A stretch of 52,516 bases of DNA from Novosphingobium sp. (GTDB lineage Bacteria > Pseudomonadota > Alphaproteobacteria > Sphingomonadales > Sphingomonadaceae): positions 1-52,516 of the forward strand of contig JBJTMA010000050.1 of NCBI GenBank assembly GCA_046063295.1, read 5' to 3'. The notes beneath the pieces are model-generated. The model saw only the letters and a list, made by a program, of their open reading frames with translations, did no database searches and was not told where the DNA came from. The translations under genes and the position numbers were made by a program. Shown piece after piece: positions 29,157 to 38,477 of this stretch; the first letter of the stretch is position 1, and each line of letters starts with the position of its first letter.

Positions 29157-30599
29157 ATGACTGTTGATTTCGATCGTCGCAGCGCCCTGCGATTGATGGC
29201 CCTTGCCGGTGCCGGCGCGGCAGCCCCCCTGCCGGTGGCTGCGAAGCCAGCGCGCCTCAGCGAACACCGCCTCTCCCCGCTGCTGTCCGACATCCAGCGG
29301 CGCGCGTTCAATTTCTTCTGGGAACGCACCGACCATGCCACCGGGCTGTGCCTCGATCGCTGGCCCACCCCTTCGTTCGCCAGCATCACCGCGATCGGCC
29401 ATGGGCTGACCGCCTACCCGCTGGGGGTTGAACAGGGATGGATATCGCGCGCCGATGCGCGCGCGCGGACCCTCAACACCCTGCGGTTCCTGGCCCGGCT
29501 TCCCACCGGACCCCAGGCCGAGGGCGTCGCGGGCTACAAGGGCTTTTTCTATCACTTCCTCAGCACCGAGACCGGGCTGCGCTATGGCAAGACCGAACTG
29601 TCCACCGTCGACAGCGCGATGCTGTTCATGGGCATGTTGTTTGCCGCACAGTGGTTCGACCGGAACAACGCCGACGAACGCGAAATCCGGGCGCTCGCCA
29701 CCGATCTCGTCGAGCGCGCCGAGTGGGACTGGATCGCGCGCGCCGACGGCGGGATCCCGATGGGCTGGCATCCCGAACACGGCTTCATCGACCGCATCTG
29801 GGACGGCTACAACGAGGGCAAGCTGGTCTATATTCTGGCACTGGGCGCCAGGCGCCACCCGGTACGCAGCGATGCCTGGAACGTGTGGACCGCCAGCTAT
29901 CCGCGCTTCTGGCGCGGCAGTGGCGCGACGCGTCATCTGGGCTTCGGTCCGCTGTTCGGCCACCAGTTCTCCGAACTTTGGATCGATTTTCGCGGCATCT
30001 TCGACAAGCCGATGCGAGCTGCCGGGTTCGACTATTTCGAAAACACCCGCCGGGCGACCTGGGCGCAGCGCGCCTATGCCGAGGTTAACCCGATGCAGTT
30101 CGATCTCTACGGCAAGGACTTCTGGGGCTTGTCCGCCTGTGATGGCCCGGGCGACTATCAGGTAATGCGCGGCGGCAGGCCCGTGCACTTCTACGGCTAT
30201 GCGGCGCGTGGCCCAATCGGCGAGCCGGACGAACTTGATGACGGCACGCTGTGCCCGCCCGCGGTGGTTACCGCGGTGCCTTTCGCGCCCGAGATTGCCA
30301 TCCCGGCGGTTCGCGCGCTCGCCGCGCGCAAGGATCCGAGACTTTACGGGCGCTATGGATTCATGGACGGCTACAATCCCAGCTTCCGCGACACCGCGCT
30401 GAAGCCCGAAACCGGCACGGTCGATGCGAAGCTCGGCTGGGTCGGGGGTGACTGGCTCGGGCTCGACCAGGGGGCGGTGCATTGCGCGCTCGCCAACTAC
30501 CGCAACGAAGGGGTGTGGCGGGTGATGCGGAACTGTCCGACAATCGTGCGGGGTTTGAAGACCGCCGGGTTCACCGGCGGCTGGATCGACCATGCCTAG
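29157..30599 (+). CDS. 'Glucoamylase-family' (GH144 / SGL-clan) putative beta-1,2-glucanase, Tat-exported
   Basis: Tat motif DRRSAL; GFFYHFL, ELSTVDS, MGW.PE.GF, GYNE, GPLFGHQFS, WGLSACDGP, DGT and GLDQG motifs typical of this family. Confidence 0.8.
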   Translation: MTVDFDRRSALRLMALAGAGAAAPLPVAAKPARLSEHRLSPLLSDIQRRAFNFFWERTDHATGLCLDRWPTPSFASITAIGHGLTAYPLGVEQGWISRADARARTLNTLRFLARLPTGPQAEGVAGYKGFFYHFLSTETGLRYGKTELSTVDSAMLFMGMLFAAQWFDRNNADEREIRALATDLVERAEWDWIARADGGIPMGWHPEHGFIDRIWDGYNEGKLVYILALGARRHPVRSDAWNVWTASYPRFWRGSGATRHLGFGPLFGHQFSELWIDFRGIFDKPMRAAGFDYFENTRRATWAQRAYAEVNPMQFDLYGKDFWGLSACDGPGDYQVMRGGRPVHFYGYAARGPIGEPDELDDGTLCPPAVVTAVPFAPEIAIPAVRALAARKDPRLYGRYGFMDGYNPSFRDTALKPETGTVDAKLGWVGGDWLGLDQGAVHCALANYRNEGVWRVMRNCPTIVRGLKTAGFTGGWIDHA

Positions 30600-31294
30600 T
30601 TGCGCTTGAGCTTCAGGAACAAGTTGAGCGTCAACCGTCCCGCACGCGGGTCGGGCGAGAAGTTGTGTTGGGGCCCGATCACGCCCGAATGGAGCAAGTG
30701 GCCGCGCCAGATACCCACCCGCCCGAAACGCGCGGCAATTGCGCCAATCGGCTCATAGAACGGATCGCCTGGAGAGAAGTACCCCTGCATCACTGGTGCC
30801 TCGACCTGGGCAGCGCTGACAAAGCGAGCGCAGCTGGCATCGTCAACCACCTCGATGCCCGTGGCCTGGTGGCGAAAGAAAGCGGTCCCGCCGCTATCTT
30901 CCTCGCCACCGAACAGATAGGCGATCAGGGCGATCCAGTCAGGATCGGTTGAATCGAAATGCGGGTGGCGCTGCGCAGGGACCAGCTGCTGCGGCGCGGT
31001 CGTCACCAGCGAGAAGTTCGCCTCGACCAGGTCAAACCCGTCGCAATCGAAGCCGCCCGCCACATAGGGCGCGGCCAGCTCGAGCAAATGGCGGCAGCGC
31101 CCCCAGGCAGCTGCGTCGGCCTCGCAGAGGATCCGCCTGAGGCCCGGATAGTAGATGCCCGCCGCTGGCGGCAGCGGAGCCAGCGCGGCGGCTGCTTGGA
31201 TCAGGCCCGCCCAGTCTGCGCTCAGTCCGTCAAGCGTGACGACCGGGCTTTCCGTCCGCCCGAGCCGGTCCAGCCGTGCGCTTACTTCGGTCAT
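30596..31294 (-). CDS. DUF6445 family putative 2OG-Fe(II) oxygenase
   Basis: YYPGLR, FSLVT, QRHPHFD (HxD), GGTAFFRH, LLHSG (distal His) and GRLTLN motifs. ATG 31294 follows GAGG; the upstream ATGs fall inside a hairpin. Confidence 0.75.
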   Translation of the reverse strand: MTEVSARLDRLGRTESPVVTLDGLSADWAGLIQAAAALAPLPPAAGIYYPGLRRILCEADAAAWGRCRHLLELAAPYVAGGFDCDGFDLVEANFSLVTTAPQQLVPAQRHPHFDSTDPDWIALIAYLFGGEEDSGGTAFFRHQATGIEVVDDASCARFVSAAQVEAPVMQGYFSPGDPFYEPIGAIAARFGRVGIWRGHLLHSGVIGPQHNFSPDPRAGRLTLNLFLKLKRN

Positions 31295-31316
31295 GCGGCG
31301 CGCCTCGATAACGAAA

Positions 31317-31349
31317 TTGCGGGGGGACAGCATAGCCATCCCCCCGCAA
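31317..31349 (-). terminator. Strong GC hairpin just downstream of the TBDR
   Basis: Minus strand TTGCGGGGGGATGGC-TAT-GCTGTCCCCCCGCAA followed by TTT. Confidence 0.65.
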
Positions 31350-31373
31350 CCTTTGCGACCCGCTTCGGGAGCC

Positions 31374-34300
31374 CTAGAACTTGTACTTGATCCCCGCCTG
31401 GAACGAGCGGGCATCGTTGCCGACCTGGCTGTTCTCGGTGAGCGGCGGGTTGTTGCCCTGGCCGGAGCCCCACGACGAATAGCTGCGGTTCAGCCAGTTG
31501 AACACGTTGAAGGCCTGGAAATCGACCGTCACTTCGTGTCCGCCGCCGAACGGCAGTTCGAAGGTCTTGGCGACGCGCAGGTCGACTCGCTTGTACCCAA
31601 TGAAGGTGTTCGGACGCAGCGGACCGCCGAAGTTCGCCCAGACCGAGGTGTCGAGCGGGGTGGCGATCGACGGGCTGGTGTTCCACGCTGCCTGGATGTT
31701 GCCGAAGCGCGGACCCGACGAGAACGTCGCGGTGCCAGACAGCGTAATGCCCCACGGTGCGCGGTAATTGGCAGTGGTCACCCAGCGCCAATCCTCGACC
31801 CCGTTGACGTAGTTCCAGCCGTAGGCGTCCTGACGGGCGCCATTGAAGAACTCGTCGCCGAACAGCTCCATCGCGTCGTTGGTGCGGGCGCGCTGGATCG
31901 TCAGGGTTGAGCTGAAGCCGAACTTCGTGACATCGGTGAACGGCTTTTCCAGCTGGATGTAGAGGCCGGTGTAAGCCGCCTTGCCATCGTTCATCCCGCG
32001 ATCGAGGCGTCCGGTGAACCCGGGAAGGATTGCCGGACCGACCGCAGGGCAGCCCGGAGGCGCGCTGGTCATCGCGTTGTCGTTGATCCAGGCATCACCG
32101 CCGTTGCTGCAATCCGCGTTGACGGTGTAAAATCCGTTGTCGTGGAAGTTCGCGCGGACGAACTGGAAGATGTTGTGCGAACGGATGTGGCTGAGCGTCA
32201 CCGTCAGCTGCACGTCGCCCAGCCGCTTGCGGAAGCCCAGGTCGAACTGGTCCGAATAGGGCGCCCGGGTCTTGTTGTTGAGCACCCAGACCGAACCGCT
32301 GGCCGCGCTCGATGCGGCGGCGGCCCGGAGCGCATCGGGATCACGCAGCGCGGGCGTGAAGGTGATGCACCCTGCAGTCGCCCCCGGATTGCCGCAGAAC
32401 ACGCCCTGGACGATGTTGTCCGAATTGTTCAGCGTCTCGATCACGCCTTCAATGAACAGCGATCGATCGAAGTAGCGCCCGGCACCGCCAAAGATCACCA
32501 GATCGCGATCGCCGCGGACGTCGTAGGAGAAACCGAAGCGGGGGGCGAACTCGTCGTACTGTGGCTTGCGGTTCGATCCGGTCGACACATAGTCGCGGTA
32601 GTCGATCCCGCGCGCCTGCCAGCCCTTGTAGGTCGACAGCGCCGAAACGATGTTCGCCGGGGTGACGTAGTTGTTGTTGTTGGCGTTGCTTTCGAAGTCC
32701 CAGCGGATGCCGAGGTTGAGCGTCCAGTGATCGTCCGGCTTCCATTCATCCTGAACATAGAGCCCGATCTGGGTATCCTTGGCCTTGACCGTCGAATTGG
32801 ACACCGTGTTGATGCGGAAGCCATAGGGGGTCGAAGTCGTTGGATCGAAAGTCCCGGCCGAACCGGGATTGTAATAGTAATAGCTGCCGTTGAAGCGGTT
32901 GCTCACCGAGCGCGACAAGTCGAAGAAACTGACCTGGCCACCGACCTTCAGGGTGTGATCGCCCATCCGCTTGGTGAAATCGTCGCGGATGCTGATCTGC
33001 TTCTGGGTATCGCCCTGCGTAAAGAAGTGCGCGCCGAAAAGCCCGCCTTCCGAGAAGTTCTGCGTGGCATCGGTGGCATTCGCGGGCTGCCCCTGGGACA
33101 GCACGAATTCCGGTCCGGTCCCGACGCTCGGGGTCGACTGGGTTGCCTTGTCGTAGGAGACGTTGAGCACGTTGAGCGTATCTTCGCCGTTGTGCTTCCA
33201 CTGGAACTGGAAACGATCCTGATGGGTGAGGATCGTCCGGCCGTGGCTTGGCGCGGCGTTGGTGTCGATATCGCTGAGGTTGTTCTCACGGCGAACAAAC
33301 GCCGAAAGGTTCACCGTATCACGATCGCTCGCGTAGAAAGTCAGCTTGCCGAAATAGAGCCCCTGATGGAAATCGAAGCTGTGGGGCACGCCGTTGATCG
33401 CGCTGATCACGCTGGACGGATAACCCAATGCAGCCGGGCTCGACGGGTTGATCTGGCTCGTCGAGCCGGGGAGGTTTTCGATCGTGCCTTCACCGGCGAG
33501 ATAGAAAGTCAGCTTGCCGGGGATGATCGGCCCGCCCAGGTCGCCGCCGAATTGCTTGCGGTTGTAAGCCGGCTTGGGCCGGTTCGCGAGCTTGTCGAAA
33601 TAGGGCTGTTCGATGAACTGGCGCGGCTGGAACTGGATGAACGCGCTGCCGTGGAATTCGTCGCCACCGGTCTTGGTCACCGCGGTAACCAGGGCGGAGC
33701 CGGCTTGGCCGGTCTCGGCGCCAAAGTTCTGAGTTTCGACCTTGTATTCCTGCACCGCGATTTGCGGGAACGGGTTCCCAAGACCGAAGTTCTGCCCGAA
33801 CACGCCGCCATGGTTGGTGAGGTTCTTGAGGCTCATCCCGTCGAGCAGGACGTTGACGTTCGAGGCACTGACCGCGCCCGCCTGGATCTGATGGTTGCTC
33901 CCGGGGGCGACCGAAACGCCCGGCGCCAGGTTCACGAAGTCAAGGAAGTTGCGCTGGTTCTGCGGCAGGTTTTCAATCTGCGCGGGGGTAACGCTGGTCG
34001 CTACCGATGGGTTATGCACATCGCGAACCGTGCGGCCGCCGGTGACGATGATCGCGTTGCCCTTGTCGTAGAAATCGACGTAGGAGGTCTGTCCGACGAG
34101 CAGGGTAGCTTGCTGCGCCGGCTTGCCTGCGACTTCGACCTTGTAGGTCGACGGGCGCAGACCGATGATCTCATAGTCCCCGGTTTCGTTGACCTTGCCA
34201 GTAACCGAGCGGCCGGTGTGGGTATCGGTTGCCACAACCTCGGTACCCGCCGTCGCGCCGTCGACATGCCCTTGCAAGCTCGAGCTATCGGACTGCGCAT

Positions 34301-34391
34301 GCGCTGGTGCGGCGATTGCCAGCGCGAAGGCCATGGCGGTGATCGAGATCGCGCCTGAGACGCGCTTTTGGATATTTTCCTGCGAGGCCAC
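31374..34391 (-). CDS. TonB-dependent receptor (Oar-like, N-terminal carboxypeptidase-regulatory-like domain)
   Basis: Signal peptide (APAHAQ); IENLPQNQRNFLDF plug, VTKTGGDEFHG, YVQDEWK and FAPRFGFSYD motifs; C-terminal GIKYKF. GTG start follows a GGGGAG RBS. Confidence 0.92.
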   Translation of the reverse strand: MASQENIQKRVSGAISITAMAFALAIAAPAHAQSDSSSLQGHVDGATAGTEVVATDTHTGRSVTGKVNETGDYEIIGLRPSTYKVEVAGKPAQQATLLVGQTSYVDFYDKGNAIIVTGGRTVRDVHNPSVATSVTPAQIENLPQNQRNFLDFVNLAPGVSVAPGSNHQIQAGAVSASNVNVLLDGMSLKNLTNHGGVFGQNFGLGNPFPQIAVQEYKVETQNFGAETGQAGSALVTAVTKTGGDEFHGSAFIQFQPRQFIEQPYFDKLANRPKPAYNRKQFGGDLGGPIIPGKLTFYLAGEGTIENLPGSTSQINPSSPAALGYPSSVISAINGVPHSFDFHQGLYFGKLTFYASDRDTVNLSAFVRRENNLSDIDTNAAPSHGRTILTHQDRFQFQWKHNGEDTLNVLNVSYDKATQSTPSVGTGPEFVLSQGQPANATDATQNFSEGGLFGAHFFTQGDTQKQISIRDDFTKRMGDHTLKVGGQVSFFDLSRSVSNRFNGSYYYYNPGSAGTFDPTTSTPYGFRINTVSNSTVKAKDTQIGLYVQDEWKPDDHWTLNLGIRWDFESNANNNNYVTPANIVSALSTYKGWQARGIDYRDYVSTGSNRKPQYDEFAPRFGFSYDVRGDRDLVIFGGAGRYFDRSLFIEGVIETLNNSDNIVQGVFCGNPGATAGCITFTPALRDPDALRAAAASSAASGSVWVLNNKTRAPYSDQFDLGFRKRLGDVQLTVTLSHIRSHNIFQFVRANFHDNGFYTVNADCSNGGDAWINDNAMTSAPPGCPAVGPAILPGFTGRLDRGMNDGKAAYTGLYIQLEKPFTDVTKFGFSSTLTIQRARTNDAMELFGDEFFNGARQDAYGWNYVNGVEDWRWVTTANYRAPWGITLSGTATFSSGPRFGNIQAAWNTSPSIATPLDTSVWANFGGPLRPNTFIGYKRVDLRVAKTFELPFGGGHEVTVDFQAFNVFNWLNRSYSSWGSGQGNNPPLTENSQVGNDARSFQAGIKYKF

Positions 34392-34425
34392 TAGACCTTC
34401 TCCCCTCTTGGCTTGCACCGGTGCT

Positions 34426-34439
34426 TGTGACCGGTTTCC
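34426..34439. promoter_or_regulatory. Degenerate operator A (TGTGACCGGTTTCC)
   Basis: Partial match to TGTAACCGGTTACA, 35 nt upstream of the TBDR start. Confidence 0.5.
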
Positions 34440-34512
34440 AGCGAATGCGACGTTGCGAACCCCCCGAACCGCGCGGTTCGAATCAATCGCGTCCCGCAAC
34501 GCTTATGCTGCT

Positions 34513-34528
34513 TTGTAACCGGTTACAA
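34513..34528. promoter_or_regulatory. LacI-family operator A (TTGTAACCGGTTACAA)
   Basis: Perfect 16-bp palindrome upstream of TBDR 31374-34391. Confidence 0.85.
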
Positions 34529-34572
34529 TAGTTGTCAGGCACGATTGCCCACATTGTTGCTGGGTGTGGCAA

Positions 34573-36159
34573 TCAGGCGCGGGTGATGGTCATGGCGGGA
34601 CCGCTGCCGGCCCGGCCGAATTGCACCGGCCCCTTGGCTTGCGACGACGGCGCGGGGTTCAGCAGCCGCGCGATATAGTCAGCATGGCTCTCAAGCTTGT
34701 CAGCGGTTTCGGCGATCACCTCGTCGATATCCTGCAGGAAGGAGAGGATGTTTTCGTCCGGGATGAGCGCAACCATCGGATCATGGCGCATGTTCATGCC
34801 CTGCCCCAGCAGCACCTGGACCCAGCTTTCCTCGCGGAACAGCTCGGCTTTGCCATGCTGGAAGAAGCGGGCCGAGCTGGCGAACAGGTCAAGCCGTTCG
34901 CGGAGGCTGTCGGGGATTGGCATGTCTTTGAGATAACGCCAGAATTCGGAATCTCCGCGCTCCGTAACCTTGTAGTGCGCGATGATGAAATCGCGGACGT
35001 CCTCGATCTCGAAGGTCGACTGGCGGTTGTATTCGGCAATGTCCGCTGCGTCGAACCCGCGCGCGGGGAACAGCGCGATCAGCCGGAAGATCGCGGTCTG
35101 GATCAGGTGGATCGAGGTCGATTCAAGCGGTTCGAGAAATCCGCTCGACAGCCCGATCGCAACGACGTTCTTCTCCCAGCTCCGGTGCCGACGGCCTGGG
35201 CGGAACCGCACCGGCATCGGATCTTTCAGCGGCTTTCCATCCAGATTGCCCAGCAGCAGCTTCGCGGCTTCGTCGTCGCTCTGGTGCTCGGCTGCGTAGA
35301 CCATGCCATTGCCGATTCGGTGCTGCAACGGAATGCGCCATTGCCAGCCGTTCGCATGTGCGGTCGAGCGGGTGTAGGGGGTCAGCTCGGGCGCACTTTC
35401 GCATGGCACAGCCAAGGCCCGGTTGCACAGCAGCCACTGGTTCCAATCTTCGTACCCCACCCCCATCGCCCCGCCCAGCAGCAGCGCTCGCTGGCCGGAG
35501 CAATCGATGAACAGGTCGCCCGGAACGCTTCGCCCGTCAGACAAGGTGACGCTTTCGACAAAGCCGGTTTCGGCATTCTGCTGGACGTCGATGATGGTCC
35601 CGGCAATCCGCTCAACCCCTTGCGCTTCGCTTCGCGCGCGTAGGAACCGGGCATAGGCGGTTGCGTCGAAATGAAAGGCATAGTCGATGTCCGCCAGCGG
35701 CGAATTGGGATTGCGCTTGTCCGGGGCCGCCATCTTGTTGCGCCGCGCCGCCGCGCAATTCAGTGCATAGTGGTCGAAATGCTGCGCCTTCCCCAGCGCG
35801 CGTGCGCGAAGCCAGAACTGGTGGGTATGCAGCCACAGCAGGTCCTGTCCGATGTTGCCAAAGCCGTGGATATAGCTGTGCCCGGCATCGCGCCAGTTCA
35901 CGAACTCGATGCCCAGCTTGTAGGTCGCGTGGGTTTCGCGCAGCAGGTCAAGCTCGGTGATCCCGGCCATCTCGTTGTAGATCTTGATCGCCGGGATCGT
36001 CGCTTCGCCGACCCCGATCGTGCCGATCTCCTCGCTTTCGATCAGCCGGATCTTATAGCCGCTGGTGAACAGCCGCGACAGCAGCGCCGCGGTCATCCAG
36101 CCGGCAGTGCCCCCGCCGACGATGGTGATGCGCGAAATCGGTTCGTTGTCGGTCATCAT
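34573..36159 (-). CDS. Flavin-dependent halogenase (tryptophan halogenase family) 1
   Basis: GGGTAGW, IGVGEATIP, ATYKLGI (catalytic Lys position), GWQWRIPLQHR and FLEPLESTSI motifs. Confidence 0.92.
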   Translation of the reverse strand: MMTDNEPISRITIVGGGTAGWMTAALLSRLFTSGYKIRLIESEEIGTIGVGEATIPAIKIYNEMAGITELDLLRETHATYKLGIEFVNWRDAGHSYIHGFGNIGQDLLWLHTHQFWLRARALGKAQHFDHYALNCAAARRNKMAAPDKRNPNSPLADIDYAFHFDATAYARFLRARSEAQGVERIAGTIIDVQQNAETGFVESVTLSDGRSVPGDLFIDCSGQRALLLGGAMGVGYEDWNQWLLCNRALAVPCESAPELTPYTRSTAHANGWQWRIPLQHRIGNGMVYAAEHQSDDEAAKLLLGNLDGKPLKDPMPVRFRPGRRHRSWEKNVVAIGLSSGFLEPLESTSIHLIQTAIFRLIALFPARGFDAADIAEYNRQSTFEIEDVRDFIIAHYKVTERGDSEFWRYLKDMPIPDSLRERLDLFASSARFFQHGKAELFREESWVQVLLGQGMNMRHDPMVALIPDENILSFLQDIDEVIAETADKLESHADYIARLLNPAPSSQAKGPVQFGRAGSGPAMTITRA

Positions 36160-36204
36160 GGGCAACCCCGCCTTTTCCCCATCCTATCCTTTTCAAGGCC
36201 TTCG

Positions 36205-36218
36205 CGAAACCGCTTACA
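36205..36218. promoter_or_regulatory. Degenerate operator A (CGAAACCGCTTACA) upstream of halogenase 1
   Basis: Reads TGTAAGCGGTTTCG on the minus strand; LacI-type central CG and 11/14 match to the consensus. Confidence 0.55.
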
Positions 36219-36236
36219 TCGCGTCTGACGCCGCCT

Positions 36237-38465
36237 TCATGGCGCCGCTCCGGCAGAGGTCGAGGCAGCTTCGATAGCTTTGAGAGCTGGGCCAACTTCC
36301 GGGTTTTTCATGAACAGCTTCCAGATCAGCCCGGTGCGATAATTCTCGATCATCGCAACTGTGGGCGCCTGGTTTAGCGCCATGTAGTGTTCGTCGAACA
36401 GGTTGTCCTGCTCGCTGAAGCTGTCAGTGAAGCCGTAAATGCCCCAGGTGCCTTTCCCCAGATCGCGGTAATAGTGCTTGAGCGCGGCCATCGATTCCGC
36501 GGGCGTAAACGGCATCATCCCGATCGAGGCGTGGACTACCAGCGTGCAATTATCGTCCACCGGCAGCGAACGCCCGCCTCCCGCATTGATCCCGGCCGAA
36601 CGACCCCAGGCACTTGCGCCATATCCCTTGCAACCCCGCGGATTGTCCTTGGCATAACTCTGAGCGATCAGCGCCATGGCCCGGCTATTGGCGAAATAGT
36701 CGGCCTTGCCGTCCTTCAGGCTCCGCGGGTCGAGTCCCATGAAGACGAATTGCGGGAAAAACAGCTCGGCGCCGCTGCCCTCGCCCACTTGCAGAGGTTG
36801 ACCGTAATAGCTGTTGCCGTTGGTGTAATGATCGCCCTGAGTGGTACGGCTCCAGCCCTGGCGGTATTTGACCGCCGTATCGTTCTGCCCCGCCCAGCCC
36901 GAATACCACATGCTGGCAGGTACCGGATGCGTGGGTGAGGCGATGGCGAGGAAATAGACGATGCCCGTTTCGTTCCATCCGATCAGCGGATGATTGATGT
37001 AGAACCCGTGATCCTCCGACCAGTGCCAGTACAGGAACGGACTATCGGGCCGCTGGCGGTACCAATCCCACTCCACCCCTTCCCACAGACGGGTGATGGT
37101 CGCGCGCAGTTCGCGTTCGGCCGGCGTATCGCGGTCGAAAAACTGGCGCGCGGCCAGCAGGCCCTGAATCATGAAGGCGGTCTCAACCAGGTCTCCGCCA
37201 TCGTCGTAAGGCCCGAAATATGCCATCGGCTGCGCGGTGCGGCCATCGATGAAGTGCGGCCAAACCCCGTGAAAACGCGGCACCCGATCAAGAAAGCCGG
37301 TGATCTTCCGCACCCGGTCAAGCGCCTGTTGGCGCGTAACGAAACCGCGGCTGGCGCCAACGACGATGGCGTTCACCCCCCACCCCGATGAACCAAGCGC
37401 AATCTGGTCCGGGTCACCCGGGGTAACTTCAAGGGCCATCCCGCTGTCTGGCTGCGCGCCGTCCCAGTAATAGCGGAATTCCGCCTCCTGAACCATTTGC
37501 AACAGCCCGGCATCATCAAGCGGATGGGTTGCCGCTTTGACACTTGCAGTTGGCGCGCTTTCGTTGCCTGCAGTGTCGATCGCGGTGATCCGGTACCGCG
37601 CCGAGACATCGCTTGCACCCAGGAAGTCTTCGTAACGGGTTCGGTCGCCGCGCTGGATCGCCACCTGCTCGAACGGGCCGCCCGGCTGCGCCCTGTAGAT
37701 GCGGTAGCTTTCCACATCGTCGCCGCGTGATGCCGCCCAGGACAAGTCGACGTGTCGGTCATATCCCTTGGCAAGCAGGCTAGACGGCGCCGCGGGCGCG
37801 GTCCGGTCGGCCGAAACCGCATCCTCGACCCGAATATCGTCAATCCAGATCTGATGCGGCTGGCCGTCATCCAGACCTTGGACAAAGACAAGGCTGCGCA
37901 ACTTCGCGACATCGAAGGACTGCTTTTCGGTCGATCGCGCCATTCCCGCAAAGGACCGGAATGGAAGCACCACCTTGGTCCAGGTTCGCGCAGGGATGCG
38001 GCCCGCCTCACCGGTCATGTCGATCGCTGGCAGCCCCTGCCCGGCCGTGTCGCTCGGCATCAAGCGCGGGGCATTGGCTTGGGTCAGTTCGTTGTCGGAC
38101 CAGACCCAGAAGGTCAGGCTGTCACCTTCAAATGAGGCCAGTGAACGCATTTTGCGTGCGTCGAGCGAGGCCCACCAGCCACCCCCGACGTTAGAGGTCC
38201 AGGCAATGCGGATCGCATTGGGCGCGGAATGGTAGCGCGAAGCATCGATCGAAAGCTTGCCGCCATTGAGCTCCAGTTTGCTCGGCGCCACGACCTCCGC
38301 CTGGCTGTAGTACCAGGGCCCTTCAACCCTGGCATTGTCGAAGACGACGTGGCGTTCGTAGTTGCTGACCCGGGGTGCCAGTGGCGCCTCGCCAGGGCCG
38401 GCCGCCAGATTCCCGGCCACCACAAGTGCCGCAAGCCCCGCCGAATTGCGCAGAATTTTTCTCAA
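36237..38465 (-). CDS. Multidomain GH144-like beta-1,2-glucanase (N-terminal CBM-like domain + Fn3 + catalytic domain)
   Basis: Putative signal peptide; Fn3 (APAAP...VDLSW...YRIYR...YRITAIDTAGNES); catalytic domain with RFHGVWPHF, DDGGDLVETAF, LYWHWS, IGWNE and YGFTDSF. TTG start. Confidence 0.82.
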   Translation of the reverse strand: MRKILRNSAGLAALVVAGNLAAGPGEAPLAPRVSNYERHVVFDNARVEGPWYYSQAEVVAPSKLELNGGKLSIDASRYHSAPNAIRIAWTSNVGGGWWASLDARKMRSLASFEGDSLTFWVWSDNELTQANAPRLMPSDTAGQGLPAIDMTGEAGRIPARTWTKVVLPFRSFAGMARSTEKQSFDVAKLRSLVFVQGLDDGQPHQIWIDDIRVEDAVSADRTAPAAPSSLLAKGYDRHVDLSWAASRGDDVESYRIYRAQPGGPFEQVAIQRGDRTRYEDFLGASDVSARYRITAIDTAGNESAPTASVKAATHPLDDAGLLQMVQEAEFRYYWDGAQPDSGMALEVTPGDPDQIALGSSGWGVNAIVVGASRGFVTRQQALDRVRKITGFLDRVPRFHGVWPHFIDGRTAQPMAYFGPYDDGGDLVETAFMIQGLLAARQFFDRDTPAERELRATITRLWEGVEWDWYRQRPDSPFLYWHWSEDHGFYINHPLIGWNETGIVYFLAIASPTHPVPASMWYSGWAGQNDTAVKYRQGWSRTTQGDHYTNGNSYYGQPLQVGEGSGAELFFPQFVFMGLDPRSLKDGKADYFANSRAMALIAQSYAKDNPRGCKGYGASAWGRSAGINAGGGRSLPVDDNCTLVVHASIGMMPFTPAESMAALKHYYRDLGKGTWGIYGFTDSFSEQDNLFDEHYMALNQAPTVAMIENYRTGLIWKLFMKNPEVGPALKAIEAASTSAGAAP

Positions 38466-38477
38466 GCCAAGACCATA

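Noticed and set aside
27584-29167. 527-aa plus-strand ORF spanning GH3, the operator and LacI
   Set aside because: Overlaps two well-supported genes and a regulatory gap; no motifs.
32142-34358. 738-aa plus-strand ORF
   Set aside because: Antisense shadow of the TBDR, explained by strong codon bias.
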